From assembly GCA_043228905.1 (NCBI GenBank), contig JBHGNT010000010.1:13082001-13146000 (forward strand): a DNA stretch of 64,000 bases, read 5' to 3'. The translations under genes and the position numbers were made by a program. Of this stretch, positions 62,701-64,000 are shown piece after piece. Every line of letters starts with the position of its first letter. Position 1 is the stretch's first letter. A model generated the notes under the pieces. It saw only the letters and a program-made list of their open reading frames with translations. It did no database searches and was not told the DNA's origin. This stretch comes from Azolla caroliniana (Eukaryota; Plantae; Polypodiophyta).

Positions 62701-63790
62701 TCAGCCACACGTCTCCTATGCCGGCAATCCGGCATGTGCCTTCATTTCCCATCCGGACACAGCCATGTTCACCGGCTGTGTAGGATGAGAAGTATTTCTT
62801 CTCCGGGGTCAGGTGGAACGACGCTCCGGAATCGACCACCCAGGTCATCTCTTCACCGGCAAGGTTTAGCTCCGTCTCTTCGGTAATGAGCATTATCTCT
62901 TCTTCACTTGCCGCGAATGCCGTCGTTCCTTTCCGGTCCTGCCCTCGCCGATCCGGACCTCTCCGGTCCGTGGCTCCCCGGTATGCACCGTTTCTCTCCG
63001 GTGACTTCTTCGAATCGGTGTCGTCGGCTCCGTTGTCCTTTCGGTAATGCCGACAGTTCTTCCGGAAGTGCCCCGGCTTCCCACAGTGGAAGCATGTTGG
63101 CCTTCCTCTTGACTGCGACCGGGTCCCCGACTTCTCCCGTCTTTGCGGACTCCGGTTCCACTGTCTTCCCCGATCCGATTCGGTAAACAGCATCTTCGGG
63201 TCGGAGGCCGGTTCCTTATCTCTCCGACGCGCTTCTTCATTCAGAATACTTGTCTTTACCGTTTGTAGGGACAAGTTATCTTCGGTGCAGGAGGTGCTGA
63301 GAGTCACCACCAAGTTCTCCCAGCTGTCCGGCAATGTACACATCAGGATGATGGCTTGCATTGCATCCTCCAACGGGAACTTGATCGCCGCAAGCTGATT
63401 CACGAATCCCATGAACGTGCTTACGTGTTCTACCATACTCTCGCCGTCCCGGTACTTGAGGTTCACTATCTTCCTCATCAGGGAGGTCCGGTTCAACGCA
63501 TTCTTCCTCTCATAGAGGCCCGACAGCTTCTTCCACATCTCATAGGCGTTCGTATCGTTCGCCACATGTTGCAGGACACTTACATCGACATATTGCCGGA
63601 TCGTCGCTACGGCTTTCCGGTTCAGGAGCTTCCACTCCGACTCAAGTACCCCTTTCGGTATTTCCGACCTGTCAATCGGTTCGTACAGGTCCCGAACAAT
63701 CAGAAGATCCTCCATCTTGATCTTCCAGTCGGCGTAATTCTGTGCATTCAGCACCATCATCATCGGCTGCCCGCTGCCGCCGCCTTCCAT
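59714..63790 (-). CDS. Copia Gag-Pol polyprotein, uninterrupted (1358 aa from the ATG at 63790)
   Basis: CFHCGKPGHFRKNC, WVVDSGASFH, LWHKRLCH, VHTDVC/ADNGGEY/NGLAERMNR, YKARIV, LYVDDML, FTDSD/EAEY/CDSQSAI. Confidence 0.97.
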   Translation of the reverse strand: MEGGGSGQPMMMVLNAQNYADWKIKMEDLLIVRDLYEPIDRSEIPKGVLESEWKLLNRKAVATIRQYVDVSVLQHVANDTNAYEMWKKLSGLYERKNALNRTSLMRKIVNLKYRDGESMVEHVSTFMGFVNQLAAIKFPLEDAMQAIILMCTLPDSWENLVVTLSTSCTEDNLSLQTVKTSILNEEARRRDKEPASDPKMLFTESDRGRQWNRSPQRREKSGTRSQSRGRPTCFHCGKPGHFRKNCRHYRKDNGADDTDSKKSPERNGAYRGATDRRGPDRRGQDRKGTTAFAASEEEIMLITEETELNLAGEEMTWVVDSGASFHLTPEKKYFSSYTAGEHGCVRMGNEGTCRIAGIGDVWLMTSTGCKLLLKNVRHVPEVRLNLISAGRLDDEGYTGSIRDGVMKFSKGSLIVARARKVNTLYLMNSRLCPEELNVAAVAAGELWHKRLCHMSEKGMKRLAEDNLIPVKHVHLEKCTDCLAGKQNRTSFHSRPPTRRSAPLELVHTDVCQVETKSHGGAQYFVTFIDDHSRKLWTAPLKTKDQVLSVFKELHARVERESGKKLKAIRADNGGEYRGQFQEYCRSKGIRLEFTVPKTPELNGLAERMNRTIMERVRSMLAHAKLPKGFWAEAMSTATYVINRSPSVPLDGDTPQRVWTGKEVSYRHLKVFGCLAYVHVAKDRRGKLDPKTRPCIFLGYGDDEFGYRVWDPVDKKIFRSRDIIFMEDKTLADWESEKKMKSSKSIGEDQLYEEQSRPARDRLTLEDPAEDGEETEPAEEDENDTGTGPDPEMDSDEEEESEEPVTEAPERRYPLRERRAPRRFPEPEHVLLTDEGEPESFEEAKHDTQSRRWLSAMQDEMDSLHENHTYELVELPKGKRALRNKWVFKLKPGEAGNPTRYKARIVVKGFQQKKGVDFDEIFAPVVKMTSIRTVLSIAASMDLEVEQMDVKTAFLHGDLEEEIYMQQPEGFEKKGKEHLVCRLKKSLYGLKQAPRQWYRKFDSFMTDEGYLKTQSDHCVFVKKFEGGDFLILLLYVDDMLIVGRDQVKIRMLKKALHRTFSMKDLGPARQILGMHIIRDRKKKQLWLSQEKYVTKVLQRFNMSEARPVGSTLPANCKLTSKQSPKTKAEKEDMMEVPYASAVGSLMYAMVCTRPDIGYAVGVVSRYMSNPGKEHWNAVKWILRYLKGTANVCLRFGSGKPELEGFTDSDMSADADTSRSTSGYVMTYAGGAVSWQSRLQKTVALSTTEAEYMAAVEAGKEIIWMKDFIRELGIRQEEYRLYCDSQSAIHLAKNAAYHSRTKHIQRRYHWIRERIEDKEFVLTKIHTDENGSDMLTKVLTPDKLEACRKRIGLERHPMPK

Positions 63791-63821
63791 TTTCTGTGTT
63801 ACCGTCGCTCTGATACCAGTT

Positions 63822-64000
63822 TGTTGAAATTCCGTGCTCGGCCACAACCGAGGAACAGGATCGATTCGCAGAAAACGGGAAATACAAGAATGCACGAAGA
63901 ACAACAGAGAGAAGAGCACACAGGATGTTTACGTGGAAAACCCTAAATGGGAAAAAACCACGGGAGTCCTCTAACTCCAACTATCACTATACACAGAGAT
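63822..64000 (-). repeat. 5' LTR, U5 portion (truncated by window edge)
   Basis: Matches 59035-59213; adjacent to the PBS. Confidence 0.95.

Larger units (their letters stand above)
59035..64000 (-). mobile_element. Intact, young Ty1/copia element (Tnt1/Tork-like); 5' LTR runs off the window
   Basis: 3' LTR 59035-59703, PPT 59706-59718, single intact ORF, PBS TGGTATCAGAGC 63807-63818, 5' LTR from 63822. Confidence 0.97.

Noticed and set aside
63791-63919. N-terminal 43-aa extension of the 1401-aa ORF call
   Set aside because: It runs through the LTR and PBS from a non-ATG codon; the likely start is the ATG at 63790.
59651-63946. Many plus-strand ORFs antisense to the copia polyprotein
   Set aside because: Shadow ORFs expected from GC-rich coding sequence; no motifs.

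Overview
Eukaryotic (land-plant, probably fern/seed-free plant) nuclear DNA, not prokaryotic. Two convergent spliced host genes lie at about 14.4-23.8 kb: a plastid L-aspartate oxidase (7 exons, with a microsatellite-expanded N-terminus) and a sterol 4-alpha-methyl oxidase SMO2 (7 exons). The rest is nested retroelements: five decayed Ty1/copia copies and one intact, very young Tnt1/Tork-like copia at the right edge. There are also several Ty3/gypsy elements, including a non-chromodomain element with tRNA-Trp PBS, 4-bp TSD and a clear -1 frameshift signal after the protease, three solo LTRs, a full-length L1 LINE, a chromovirus remnant and a tRNA-His pseudogene. The most unusual recurring signal is tRNA-derived Pol III A/B-box modules embedded antisense in the U3 of two different LTR families, in a gypsy leader, and as a convergent pair upstream of the aspartate oxidase gene. 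All calls were made by eye, with no searches run.
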